Position numbers and translations under genes: made by a program
NCBI GenBank assembly: GCA_964188305.1
Contig: OZ076889.1
Source: Podarcis bocagei
Taxonomy: Eukaryota
Strand: one strand, 5' to 3'
Length of the DNA stretch: 64,000 nucleotides
In this document: positions 11,907 to 24,856 of the stretch, piece after piece
Numbering within the stretch: the stretch's first letter is position 1
Layout of the letters: each line of letters begins with the position of its first letter
Notes under the pieces: generated by a model
The model's database searches: none
The model's input: only the letters and a program-made list of their open reading frames with translations
What the model was told of the DNA's origin: nothing

Positions 11907-12260
11907 GTAAAGGTAAAGGGACCCCTGACCATTAGGTCCAGTTGTGACTGACTCTGGGGTTGTGGCGCTCATCTCGCTTTATTGGCTGAGGGAGCCGGCG
12001 TACAGCTTCCGGGTCATGTGGCCAGCATGACTAAGCCACTTCTGGCGAACCAGAGCAGCGCACGGAAACGCCATTTACCTTCCCGCTGGAGCGGTACCTA
12101 TTTATCTACTTACACTTTGATGTGCTTTCGAACTGCTAGGTTGGCAGGAGCAGGGACCGAGCAACGGGAGCTCACCCGTCGCAGGGATTCGAACCCCCAA
12201 CCTTCTGATTGGCAAGTCCTAGGCTCTGTGGTTTAACCCACAGCGCCACCCGCGTCTCTT
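11907..12260 (-). mobile_element. Sauria SINE (Squam1/POMSINE-type), near full length
   Basis: (ACCTTT)n tail read as ggtaaaggtaaa; box B complement gggattcgaacc; 15-bp TSD tgaagctctagttag at 11892-11906 and 12261-12275. Confidence 0.92.
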
Positions 12261-12906
12261 TGAAGCTCTAGTTAGATCTCGCCTAATCCTTAATCACCTT
12301 GATAAAATGGCAGTTACTGAAAAGGAGTTCCCCACCGTTAAAAAAAAAAAAGCTTTATGGTATTATGACGATAAGTTATTTCATTTAAGCAGTATTTCAT
12401 TAATACAGTTGGAATAACCATTTTAGAACTAATTACAATATTGATTAAAAGAATATAGCTCCCACTGTAGCTCCCACTGTAAAGGCTGCAGTGAATGTGA
12501 GATGAGTTTCAAACGTCTCCTCCAGTGAAGTGGACTTCCTCCTTCCACACCATCATGGGGAGGGGGATTTATCGGTTTTGGGTTTTATTTTGTGTTTTTA
12601 TATTGTATTTTTGTGTTGTGAACTGCCCTGAGATCTACAAATTCAATAGATAATAATGACATAAATTGATATATCATGCCCACTGTTGTGGATGGAACAC
12701 AGGGTATGCGCACATAGCAAATGTACAAAACTCCCAATAGTGTGAAAAGTCAGTTGTAATTCTACTTGCAGCTTATGATGGTAGAACTATTATTGGGTTG
12801 GCCAAAACCTGTATAGAATTAGCCTAACTCTGTTCAGGTGTATAGAAATATATACTACAGCCTCTCTCTCTCTCCCATGTTATTCCCCACTCTTAGTTTT
12901 TAAGTA

Positions 12907-13131
12907 CAGTGGTACCTCGGGTTACATACACTTCAGGTTACATACGCTTCAGGTTGCAGACTCCGCTAACCCAGAAATATTACCTCGGGTTAAGAACTGT
13001 GCTTCAGGATGAGAACAGAAATCGTGCTCCGGCGGCGCGGCAGCAGCAGGAGGCCCCATTGGCTAAAGTGGTGCTTCAGGTTAAGAACAGACCTCTGGAA
13101 TGAATTAAGTACTTAACCTGAGGTACCACTG
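12907..13131 (+). mobile_element. Tc1/mariner-pogo type MITE, copy 1
   Basis: TIRs cagtggtacctc(g/a)ggtta; TA TSD. Confidence 0.9.
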
Positions 13132-16100
13132 TACTGGGGCTTGAAGCATGCTTTGATAATCTTTTAGTGATCCTGGGAAGATCTTCTAGTCTTTGAAATG
13201 TGTATAAAACAGGCATGGTGAACCTGTCACACTCCAGTATAGTATTGTATTGCATTAGAATTGCATCAAAAAGCCAAGCTAGTGTGGCCAGAAGTCAGGA
13301 GAGATGGGAGCTATAGTTCAATAATCTGTGGAGGACCACAAGATCCTATGAAAAACAGGTTTGATTGGTCAGCACAAGCATGCTTTCTTTACAACAGCTC
13401 TGTCCTTGCTGAGGAACCACTGGGTTTCAGAAGCTGCACCAGCATCTTACAGTCAATACTAGGCAGTTTGCCACTCAAATAGTGTAACCCACAACTTACA
13501 TGGCTCAAAGACAAATGTATTTGGTTGGCAAACAGGTATAAATGCACTTTATGCTAATAACTGGGTCATGTTTTGTACTGACATAAAATAAAGCCAGTTA
13601 GTGCACCGCTCCAATGATACATTTGTTGTTCAACTCTATAATTCCTTCCTGCATTCAGGACTGAAGGTAATATACTTTGCAAACATGGTGGTTTAGTTTT
13701 TCCTTCAAGCAACCTGCTCTTTCAGCTGCTGAACTATTCACGTCAATAACAGTAAAGGTCCTGGGTGCTGTTCACCTTGTGTTGAAATGTTGCCAGCTCT
13801 AAGGGAATTATCAAGGGAGAGATACGGCATGTGCTGCGAGTGTCGTGAGCAGAAAATAGAACCATAGAATCATAGAATTGATAGAATGTTTGCTCTCTTG
13901 CCATACAAGCAACCAGTTACCTCTGCTTCAGTACCCTGACCTGGCCCAGCCACTCCCCCTGCACTCCTAACCGCACCCATCTCTGCGGACCACTACTGCC
14001 ACTGAGTCAGCATAGGCAGGAGCAAGGCTGATAGTGCGCTTATAGTTTCTGTTGTACTGTTTGGTTTCCATGATTACGCAGGCCTCAAGAGACAATCCTA
14101 TAAAATCTGCTTTTACTATGAGAACTTATTAGTTAAAGTGAACTAGAAGGGGGAAATGCACAATTTGGGGTGGTTTTTTGTGTGCAATTGGTTTATTTCA
14201 ATGATACAAACAAGTTAAGGGTAAATTAACTTAAGGAAGTTCACATAAGGGACTTATACTGCCAACCGATTCTTCTTGACACCCTAAAGCTTCTCTGGAA
14301 AGTTGAGGAGGCCTTTCTGAACCATGTGGTTACGGCGCAGGGGGCTGCTGAGGGAAGAGGGACCCCCCTAAAATGGGGTTCGACCTTAATATAACTCAAG
14401 GAAGTTTAAGGAAGCCAAGTTTCCCATTCCTTCCTCCTCCCCTCCAGCTGCCCCACCCCATTCCGCATTGTTCAGAAGGGACCCCTCACCCTTTCTGGAG
14501 AGTGCTTTCAGTGGTTGCAGTTGGCTGTGGGAGGGAGAATGAGACAGCAAACTTTCCTTCCATAAGCTTGCTTATGTTAAATATTTAGGTAGAGCTGTCA
14601 ACTTTGGATTTCAAAATTTTTGTCTTGAAGCAGTAATTGGAAGATTACGGCTGAACATCTGGCGGAATCCTGATTTCTCCAGGGATAAGACAATTACAAA
14701 AAATAAATAAAACTCCCATTAGCCTCTGCTGATAGCATGGCCAACAGTCAGGGATAATGGGAGTTGTAGTTAGAAAAGAACAGGTTGCCTAAGATGACTC
14801 AGTAGTGTTATGAGGGGAATATATTAAAGTTGAACATTATGAGAGACATTTAGGTCCATCATTGCTTTCATATGTTTCATGGAAGGGAAAGGAAACATAT
14901 TCATGGACTTAGCTCTGACACAAATACAGTAAAGATCTGTTTATTTATGGAGTATAGTTCAAATGTTCCTGCCTTCCACTGATTAACACTGGAGAATATA
15001 AAAGATGGGAAAGCAGAGGAAGAACAATAAAAAAGCCAAGTTTCCCAAAAGGCATTGCATATGCTGCTTCCCTAAACTCTTATTGGCATTCCAGAGGCCA
15101 TAAGAAGGTGTTCAATGACATGCGCTTGTTCGCTTTGCCTGCCCACACTCCTAATGAGCACCCTTGGGCATCCAATCTCCCTGCAATCTCCCTTTGTTCT
15201 TCCAAGGTCTTGTTCCTACCAAGCAAACTTGTTTGCATGAGGACTAAGAGCCCCAGTTACTATGGCGTGCTCTGTCATGTCTGGTCCTCACGTGGCACAT
15301 TAGCCCCATTGCATTTTCAACATTCCTGTTTAGTATGATTCATAAGTGCTTGTTTACCAGGATCAGCTGTTCTATGAAGATTTCAATGTTTCTTATTTGT
15401 CCTGATCCTACTTCCTCCACCATCATGAAGTACCGGTTCATAACTACAGCTGTCTCTAATGGTCAGGCCAGGCAAGATACAAATTATGGAGGGGATGCAC
15501 ACAGTTTCCAAGGCACCCCAGTCACAACGTACCTTCCAATTCTCAATCTCTTTCTCTTGCCTAGTTTTAACACATAGCAGATGAAATGGTAGACCAATGT
15601 CTCAGAATGCATGTTTAGGCTTACTAGGCAGAATGATCTCTCTCTTTCACTCACACATATATTCCTTCAGACTAGCATGTCATGGAGAAAGCTTAGAAAG
15701 AAACACCCTCACATACAACTAGTAAATAAAAGTGTGATATAGGGAAAAGGGATGAGGATAGATGGATATATAACTCTGGAGATCCAAAGTTCCCATCTTT
15801 TTTAAAAACAAAAAACCACACACCTGTACCCATGGGAGGGTATTTAATGTTGGGCTATTAGTATATGTCAGGACTTGTCCATTAATTTGATAAGGGTGAA
15901 AGAAGGTATTTTTAAAAGGAAGGTCAGATTGTTTTGTGTTACATAGCTATTTTACTTTAAACTAAACAAGGGGGGAAGTAGACAAGCTGCTACAGAAGGA
16001 AACAACCCAGAGGACTGAATTGTAGGGAGAACCTTGTGGGAATTGATCTGGTAGAAGGTTTTCTGCCGATCAGCAGAATTCTGTTATATAGATATTCTGA

Positions 16101-16629
16101 GGTCAATGCCTTTACTGCACGGTCCGTGGTCTCCTGATCTGCCTCACTGAGATTGTTCCAGAGTTGTGAGTTGATGTCAGCCACATTTGCTTTTCTGATA
16201 GGGTGGAGGGGGGCAGCAGGGGAAAGAGAAAAAGATGAATCATTTTGATGCTATGGTATACTAGCAGCCACACCCTGGGCGCTGCGCCAGAAGCCAGGTA
16301 TGGTAGAGAGAACAGAGGAGAGTGTTCAGCAGAGAAAGCTCTATACTGAAGCACCTGACCATTTGTGAGAATGATCCCTGACCTTTCCACCTTATATGCT
16401 GCCAGTTCCAGGTTTGGAGAACCCTTGCACAAATCATGAGACAGAGAGGAAGGGGCAGGCAAGTGAGCAAGTTGCCCATGGAAAGGAGCTCAGCCAGGGG
16501 GGCTCTAGGCAGCGGGCCTTGGCATAAGCTTCAACAGATGCCCATCCTCACCAGTGAATACCCACATGCCCATTCTGGAGAAGAGTTCTAGTGAACTTTT
16601 TGACATCTCAGTTGGTTCTGATAATCAGC

Positions 16630-17025
16630 AGTAGGGGACCTCCTGCCTAATTAGGCCTTCCAGGTCTCCTCATTTGGACTGTCAGGGAATTTTAGCCAAG
16701 CCACACTCACCTGCCCTATGCCTGATGTGGCAGAGCCAAGAGGGGGGTTTCAGGCACTACCAATCCTGCAATTAAATAAATAAAGTTATTATTTATACCC
16801 CACCCATCTGGCTGGGCCTTCCTAGCCACTCTGGGTGGTTTAAAGCCCCATGCACAATGCTCCGCAAGGACTAGTAATCAGCACATGGGAAAAATGGTTC
16901 ACCTGACGTCGTTGTGACAGCATATGATTGACAGGGGGGCGGCCATGTCTCTTCTGTGAAAACTGATCTGTAGGAGATGGTGGAGATAAGGATTTGACCC
17001 TCCAGTCAGATCCAATTCTTTACCC
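16630..17025. mobile_element. Degenerate hAT-like element interrupted by a minus-strand LINE/SINE 3' end (16770-16842)
   Basis: ttattatttataccccacccatctggctggg...ccactctgggtggtt tail; flanking degenerate termini. Confidence 0.4.
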
Positions 17026-20000
17026 TTTTAATAAAAGAACTACACTACTTTTAAGGATATGTTTTTTTCCTGATAAGTCAACACATCCCCTTCCAGTTTC
17101 CTGCACCCTACATTTTCTTCTTTGACCAGGATTCCTTTTCTTGCATGAGCGCTCATTTGTGTGAACCGAGCCACAGTGATTAATTCCCTAAAAGGAAGAT
17201 GATGTGGCTGAAACCTGTCTGGGAGACACCCTGATTTACAAGTCTTGACCCCTAATCTGGGGGACAGGCTCTGGTTTCTCATCAGTAAAGTTCAGTTCAG
17301 TTCACTTTTGAGTGATTTTTTTTGGGGGGGGTGTTTTACTAAATACACTTTTTTTTTTTACTAAATACAAATTTAATGACAACAATAAGCCCTCAAAACA
17401 AAGAAGGGAATACACTCTGCATATGTTTGAAGCATCATCTCTTTTGTTAGTACACCTAGTAATATTTTAGTGCAGATATTTCAGGGTTGAGTTCTGGCAC
17501 TCGAGACGTGTTCTGAGGTTGAGACCACAGGCTCTAAATGTGAGCCCTGGCTCATATTTAAGATCTAAATCCACTTTGCTGCTGGGCTACTGAAATACTT
17601 CCATGTGGAAACTGAGCCCAATCATTCCTGCTGTGATTGGCAGGGTCTTGTTTGCTCCTGTGTGCTGAATTCCTTGACAGAGCCAACATCCCCCTGGGCT
17701 GAAGAAAACCTGCCTAGGTTTGGTTTGAAATGTTTTGGCAGTGCGCCCAGTACTAAATCTACAATAGGTGAGTCACACCTTGTGTATGTGAACCAAGTGT
17801 ATTTGTGTCAAATGAATGTGTATGCATATCTATGACATGGGAGGGATGGGAGGGGAGAGAGCGGCCCATGGTTTTGTGTGTGTGATCTAACGAAACAAAT
17901 AAGCTGATGGCCATGCCTCACATGGTTCAGTAGGGTGGAACAGGCTCAATTTATGTTAGAGAAAGTTTAGCATTAGAGTACTTACAACACTGCAGAAAGG
18001 AAACCTGGAAGATGTATGACCTTTCCTTCCTGTGGCAGACTTAGAGCTAATTTGCATGTTGCAGCTCCTACACCCAAAAGCAACTTTCCCAGAGGCACAT
18101 AAAAATGTCCAGATCAACATGTGTGTTGAGTCCTGGAGGTTCTTCTTTGGTAAACTGTAAAATAGCAGAAAGCATGCTTTAAAAATTAAATGTAATGGGA
18201 TTAAATTTTTCATTATTGTAAGGCAGTGGTAGCCAACATGGTGCCCTCCAGATGGATTCCCATCAGCCCTAGCCAATATAGTCAGGCATCATGGGAGTTG
18301 TAGTCCACAACATCTGGAAGGCACCACGGGAGCAGCCCATTACAAGTTACTTTAAGTTTTACTAATTAGTGCGTGGATATTGCAATACGTTTTATGGGTT
18401 AGGTCAGTTTCTGGGCAATATCTTATTGTATGGATCATGTTGTTTTTCTACATGACCAGAGGGGTATTGGTCTGGCGTATCAGAGGATCAAAGACCTGCT
18501 ACTATTTTTGTAGCAGTGCCCTTGCAGGGTCCTTGTTGCCAGTGTCCTGCAGCCACCCAATCAACATGAAAGGGGAGCTTTTTAATCACTGAGATGTCTT
18601 CTCACCCTTTGAGCTGATTGGAGTCAATCAGAGTGAAAGGAGGTGAGCCAGCCACAGGGGATTGGCTCCTAGGTTTGCTCTGGAGAAAACACACAGGAAG
18701 AACAGTGAGCTGGAGTTGGTCTATATGCTCCAAAGCCAAGCATTTTGGAAAACTGAAAACAGAAGGTGCTTCAGTTTCAAAGATATGGTGTGAAAGTTCT
18801 GTTATGTGGAATGGAACTTCAAGGAAAAGACAACATGTCACTCTGAAAGGTGATGGAGAACTACAAATAATTTCCCCATGTATGTATGTGTACAGAAAAT
18901 AGTAGATCCCTGAAAGACAGCACATGGGGATCTACACTGATCATTGCAACGCATCCCTAATTATTATTAGTGTATAATTATAAGATTATTGTAAAGTGTT
19001 AGAAGGGTACTAACTGTAGCTGTGAGGGGGCATGGCTATAAGAGGTGTAGCTGTGATCTTCATGAAGGGACCCTGCACTTTTGAATTTGCCACTCCGCTA
19101 CTTTCCATGATACTCCAAATTTCCAAAAATGGTTTGCTGTGGCATGGAGAAAATTGACTGGACTATCTAGTTAACAGTCTTCTGCATATGAAAAGCTGCT
19201 CACTACATGGCAATTTGAAGTAGTATCTATAATTATGTGGTGGCCTTAGCTATGTTTTTCAGAGATTCTGCTACATTGACTTGGAAGGTCCCAATAACTC
19301 CCAGCTGCAGTTGCCCTCCATTTCTCCTCTAGATCAACATATAAAAAATCCACGTTATCATGGGCCACAGAGAGCAGGTTCACTGCCTAACAGTACAAAC
19401 TGATAGTTCAGAACAGAAGTGTGAGTCAACCCTTGGAGAAAGCAAAATCCCCTGGGATTATTAGCTCGCCTGACCTGGGGAAAATTCTGGCCCAGCCCAG
19501 TTCCTAAGGTAGTCACGAACATGAGCAATAGCCATCAATCTAGTCATTCCAAGGGAAAAATGAAGTCCTTAGTATAAACAGTTCTAATATAAATTTTGAA
19601 GTTTTTCTGTATAAATACTGTTACTTTGGGCTTACAGGTTTACAGTGCTTTCTTTATTATCATCTTAGTACTATACCTAATCCAGAACCCTCTATAGGGG
19701 AAGCAGACTGTTTATCCTGAAAGGTGCTATGCAAATGGTATCATGTTATGGGGAAGCACCATGCAGTTACCTTGGACACATATATTTATGTACATAAACG
19801 ATCATGTACACATACACAGCTATTGAATTCACATATGACAGTATTTCTCAAACTTTATGAAACTATGTTATTCTTCCAAACCTATCAGATTTTCCATGTC
19901 CACATTCATACCTACCCCCAAGAGCAAGCAAATTGAAACAGCGCTATTGGGTATATCTGTCCATTTCCTGTACCACTTGTCACTTTCCTTTCCATCAAGT

Positions 20001-21163
20001 CCAATGCAGCACAGCATTGTGCTTCATTCTTCCTCTTCTTCAGCACCTATATCTCCTTTGTGCAACTTCATCCTGCTGCCCTCTACATAATGCCTTCCAT
20101 GGTGCCACTCAAAGTGTCTGGGGATATTTGACAGGAAACACAGGGAAGATTCCACCACCTTAAAAAGAAACAACAAATTTTGAAGTGAAGATGTGTACAC
20201 ACTGACTCTAAATCAAGTATGTTTCCCAAAGCGGATCAAATATGAGTATCTATTTTGGAAATTAAACAGAAGTGCAAAACCAGGCAGCTCAGTCTCCTAA
20301 CCCCTCACCCTGACTGCAATACCACTTTCAGCAGTTCTAGTGGGATAGCAGCCTACAGTCTGCAGAATCCTGAACCTAGAATGTTTATGGCCATATAGCC
20401 AGCAAGCCATGCAAAACTGTTATTCTCCCCTTGTGGTGTCCCCTACCATCTCCTTTGAAACAAGCAAACAAAAACAGCAGCTGCCCAGAAACTTTTAAAT
20501 GCATGCAAGGATGAACAAGGGAAATGAAATGAGGGGCATCCTGAACTCTGTCTACTACATCCTGACACTCTTTTTAGCCCAATGAGGGTGTAAATCAGCC
20601 TTCCCCCAACACAGTGCCCTCTTAGTTATTAGACTACAACTTCCATCATCCCTGATCTGTGCCAGGCTAATAGGAGTTGTAGTCTGAAACATCTGAAGGA
20701 TACCATGTTGAGGAAGCCCGGTGTAAAATAAACAGTCTGTGGGGATTATAACAGGCAGGCGAGACATTCTCATGTCAGCCTCTTCCTGTATTGAAGAGCC
20801 AACGAGAACCATGGAAATATATGGGCTATGAAGAGGCAAATGGAGGGCAAAGCAGGATGCTCTGCCAGTCCTCTGTAAATTAAATTCTCCCCCATCCCAA
20901 ATGCTTGGAGGATCTCCAAGTTATTTGCTAATGCTGTCAACGCTGCCCACCTGCCATGCTTGCTGAACAAGTCTTGTTGGAACTTGTAATGATTTCCTGT
21001 CTGCCAGTTAAACATCAGCTTGCTTGACCTGAGATCACCTGGACAGTTAGTTACTAGATTGCCCCCAAATGTGAGCTCATGTCAGTGCTTGGAGACAGAA
21101 TAGTTGGCAGCTGATGTACCTGTTCACCTGCAAGATTTGTTTCCTGCTTCCAGAACTACCACA

Positions 21164-21182
21164 CAGCACCCTCTGTTGGCCC
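21164..21182 (-). promoter_or_regulatory. Candidate CTCF site
   Basis: Minus strand GGGCCAACAGAGGGTGCTG is close to the CTCF core consensus; motif evidence only. Confidence 0.4.
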
Positions 21183-22147
21183 AGAGCACAAAACAGCCTA
21201 CAGGAAGCACTGCCTTACTGAGAGTCCATTTGAGGTGACGGACACCACTGGCCAAGCCAGAGTAGTAGATCTCCTACTCTGGCTTGTGCACAGAGCATTC
21301 GTGGTGAGGGCACAGACTATCCTCTGGATGAGCATCACCAACTTGTTCTCTTAGTCACGTCAAAAAGAAGCCTGCCTCCTTGCCACTAGGAGCAGCTAGA
21401 CTGGCTCAACTGGTCCTACCAAGGCTGGCATCCAATTCTATTATTCATCGAGAGTCTGCTCTTGCTCTCATCCAGGGCTGGCCATGTTCCATGCTCCCGG
21501 CAGACAGAGCAGAAATTACGTCTTCCTTGCTGTTAATAATTATTCAGAAAGAGTTGGGATAGTAAATAAAGCCAAAATCATCTACCTCGTATATACTGTA
21601 TACCAGTGGTGCACAGTTGCACCTTGAAAACTGAGTGATACAAAATTGGCAAAGGTGATGCCTTTTTATTGGGCTAGCTTCTGTTTGTGCAAGAGAGTGC
21701 AAGTTTCCAAAACTCAGAGGCTGTTTAAGCAGCGAATGCTCCTGTACACAGTCCTGAAACATGACCCCTTAGGAATCAATTATTTCAGTGACAGAATGCT
21801 ATTGCTAATGCTATCTCCACCCACCCCAACCTGATACCAGGTTAAGACACAATTATAAACCGATACAAGCAAGAAAAAACACAAAACACTAGAGAAGCAG
21901 ACAGGAAGGCATCAACCAAAAGATTTCAGGGCAAATTGGACTGCACTAAAGAGATTTCTTGTTGCCTGTGTGAGACCCTTTAAGAAGCTTCCTGAAAAGA
22001 CAGCCATGCTGTTTCATACCCCAAAGCAGGACCTTGTTAATGGGCATCCAAGTGTCAGCTGGGCCTGATAACTACGGTCTGCAGTCATCTGACTGACCGC
22101 AGCACACCAAAGGGATGGTTAATTTCCCTGGCATCTCCAAGATGTGT

Positions 22148-22340
22148 TTGGGGAGACCCCTGACTGAGACCCTGGGAAACCACAGCTTGTCATAGCCAGA
22201 TAGACCAATGGTCTGACTCAGTATAGGGCAGCTTCCTATAAGCTGTTAGCATCCCAAAGGTCATGGGTTCAGTTTTCCAGCTAGGGTTGGGAAGAAGCCA
22301 TTTCTGAAATCCTGGAGAGCCATGGCTAGTGTTCCTAATA
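22148..22340 (+). mobile_element. Two fragments of a tRNA/CR1-tail SINE (Squam2-like)
   Basis: gaccaatggtctgactcagtatagggcagcttcctat tail; ggtcatgggttcag head; gaaatcctggagagcc body. Confidence 0.5.
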
Positions 22341-23610
22341 CTGCTGTTGGGAGCAGGAAGATGGGCACATAGTGTACAAGATGTCTCTATTTTTTTAAAA
22401 TGGCAAAGGCAGCCAACTATTAGTAAGAGGACAGAGTAGGCCTCACACTATGGTGCAATTACATTCTTGGGAAAAGCTGGGGAAGATATATTTCCAAAGT
22501 ATAAAATTCAGAGGTGATAAAAGTTAAACTATGCACATTGGAAACACTAACTTCATTTTCGTTGTTTTTATTAATTTGTTAAGAGGATTTGTAACCTAGT
22601 ACTTGAAGCCACTCGCTCTCTCCAAGGGGCTAATAAGGTAAAGAAAAAACAATAAAAACCAGAACAACAAATTCATGCAAGTATAAAACAGCATAAAATA
22701 GCAGCAGTAGTAGAAAGTTATGGCCAGATAAAATATTGCATAAAATGAAAATATATAAAATGCCTGGAAAAATAATGAGAGTTTTTGCCTGGCACTGAAA
22801 ATACATCAGAGTAAGCCATCCTATGGAGTGTATTCCAAAATTACAGTGCCAACTTCATTTAGTAAAGTAGGAAAAAGGCACCAATGAAATGAGAACAAAA
22901 AAGCTGGTAACCAAAATAATGCAACTTGTATTTAAAAAAAAGATGCTACAGCTTTTAGCCTCAGCTCTTTGTCAGGGGAATAATTTTTAAACAATGAAAG
23001 ACTTGCTTTCTAGGCATGTAAAAAGAGCACTCTTAACAGTACAATCTTCTGAAAATTACTTCTGAATAGACATGTATAGGATCACACTGTCAATCAGATG
23101 GAAGTTACCTCAGTAGTACATGCATACCTGGAAACTATTGAAAGGTGTGGTATAAATCCCTAAAAGAAATATATAAAACATTAAACTGCCAGAAGTTGGA
23201 TGTAACACATACCAAGTACCTAGAAATGGCAGCTGGAAAAAACTTTTACCAGTCTGGCTTATACAAGGGGGGAGGTAGGGAACCCGTAGCCCACCTGATG
23301 TTTCTGGACTACAAATCCCATCATCTGGCTAGGACTGAAGGGAGTTGGTTTCCCCTTTACCATATCATTGATAACTGGCATGGAATCAGAGCAAAATAGT
23401 GTTGTGCACCACCCCAGTCTCCAAACAGTGTAAGATTTCAGGGGTGCCAGGTTCTTTTGGGAATGAGGCAGAACAGAGACTGTGGTGTCTTTATGATATA
23501 TGGTTTCTTAACACATATATACAACCTGAGCCTAGGATGGAGGGGTTCACAGCATCAACACCCCAAAAGGGTCTTTTTTTCTCCCTTGGATTCAAACAGA
23601 AATCTCTGAC

Positions 23611-24285
23611 TAAAGGGAGATGGGAAAAGTTTCTCTCAATATTTTATTCTGTTGCTCTCAAATATTATCTACACATAATAAATTCCTGCACTCTGCTAGG
23701 AGGGTAAAAAGCAGTAGCTTGCAAAAGTCTAAAAACAGACAGGTCATGAGGCCGCTTTCTTAACAGACAGGTCATGAGGCCGCTTTCTGCCTAAACCAGC
23801 TACTTGAAACTGCTGATGCTAGCTACAGGTCAGAAGGTCGCTTCCTGCCCAGCCAGAAACTGCTGTTAACCAAAAAACCACAAGCAAGATGTTTCCTGCT
23901 TTACTTCTGCTTTTAAGTAATGCAAGATAAGAAGAAGATACGAAGGAAATGCTTTGCTAGCAAAAGAAGACACGTGTACAAGGAGGTGGGAGGGAGTGCT
24001 TGGCTTAGCAGAAAGACAGAAATGTTTAAGCAAGCAATAAAATGTGTTTAGCAAGCAAGTCTGCGGGTATAAGAAAGTCTGTTGAAGTGTCTTGCTTTAC
24101 AGCCAGTACATTTTTAGGAACTATCCAACAGGCTGTCTCTGAGTACAGACCTTAACTCTGTGCACAGAATTTCAATAAAACTCTTTTCTCCAAAGAAGAA
24201 ACTTTCCTGGAATTTTTTATTCTCTTCTCGGCCCTGGGGACGCGGGTAAGCAATTCTCTGGCAAAGTAAAAGGCATAAGCCTACA
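23611..24285 (+). repeat. ERV 5' LTR
   Basis: TAAAGG...CCTACA; TATA-like tataag ~24068; AATAAA 24174-24179; no difference from the 3' LTR found by eye. Confidence 0.97.
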
Positions 24286-24288
24286 GCT

Positions 24289-24306
24289 TGGTGCATTGGC
24301 CGGGAA
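24289..24306 (+). promoter_or_regulatory. Primer binding site, tRNA-Gly
   Basis: TGGTGCATTGGCCGGGAA is the exact complement of the 3' 18 nt of vertebrate tRNA-Gly(GCC), including CCA. Confidence 0.93.
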
Positions 24307-24514
24307 TTGCCCCACCCCAGGGGCCCCGGGGAGGGCCAGGCTCAACCAAGGTGAACAGCTCCGATCGGCGTTCGCATTTCCGGTGCACACCCTGCCAGTT
24401 TGTAGGGGGAGATTGCCACACCGTCCTGGAGCAGAGACATCTGGTTGAGGGAGAATAAGAGGACAGAACGGCGCCGAGGGGACAGGTCCGCAGCGGAAAA
24501 AGGTAAGCCCGAAG

Positions 24515-24575
24515 GAAAGGGCTAGGGGCCCGAGGGAAAGGGCTAGGGGCCCGAGGGAAAGGGCCAGAGGCCTGA
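24515..24575 (+). repeat. Three 21-bp G-rich tandem repeats in the ERV leader, just after the major splice donor (AG|GTAAGC, 24502/24503)
   Basis: gaaagggctaggggcccgagg twice, plus a variant third copy. Confidence 0.85.
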
Positions 24576-24856
24576 TCAGCCTCACCTGGTAGTTGGCAAT
24601 ACAGTGCCCGGCAGTAAGAATGCCACCAGGAAAGGAATTGGTAAAGGTTTGGGAAAGGGAATGGGGCAGAGGGAATTAAGTGTTTTGTTGATATGTTGTG
24701 TATCAGATACTCCAGTGGATGAATTGTTGAATGGGGCCAAGGCTTAGTGTCCCCTTGGCCGAGCGATTGTAGGGTTGTGCATTTTCTAACAAAATGTAGC
24801 ATGTGGAGTGTGAGAGAATTTTGAAAACCCAGTTAGGAGCGGTTGTATCTGAAAAA

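Noticed and set aside
24217-24802. Antisense ORFs of 122 and 173 aa in the ERV leader
   Set aside because: Their length is explained by GC-rich 21-bp repeats lacking stop codons; the products are low-complexity.
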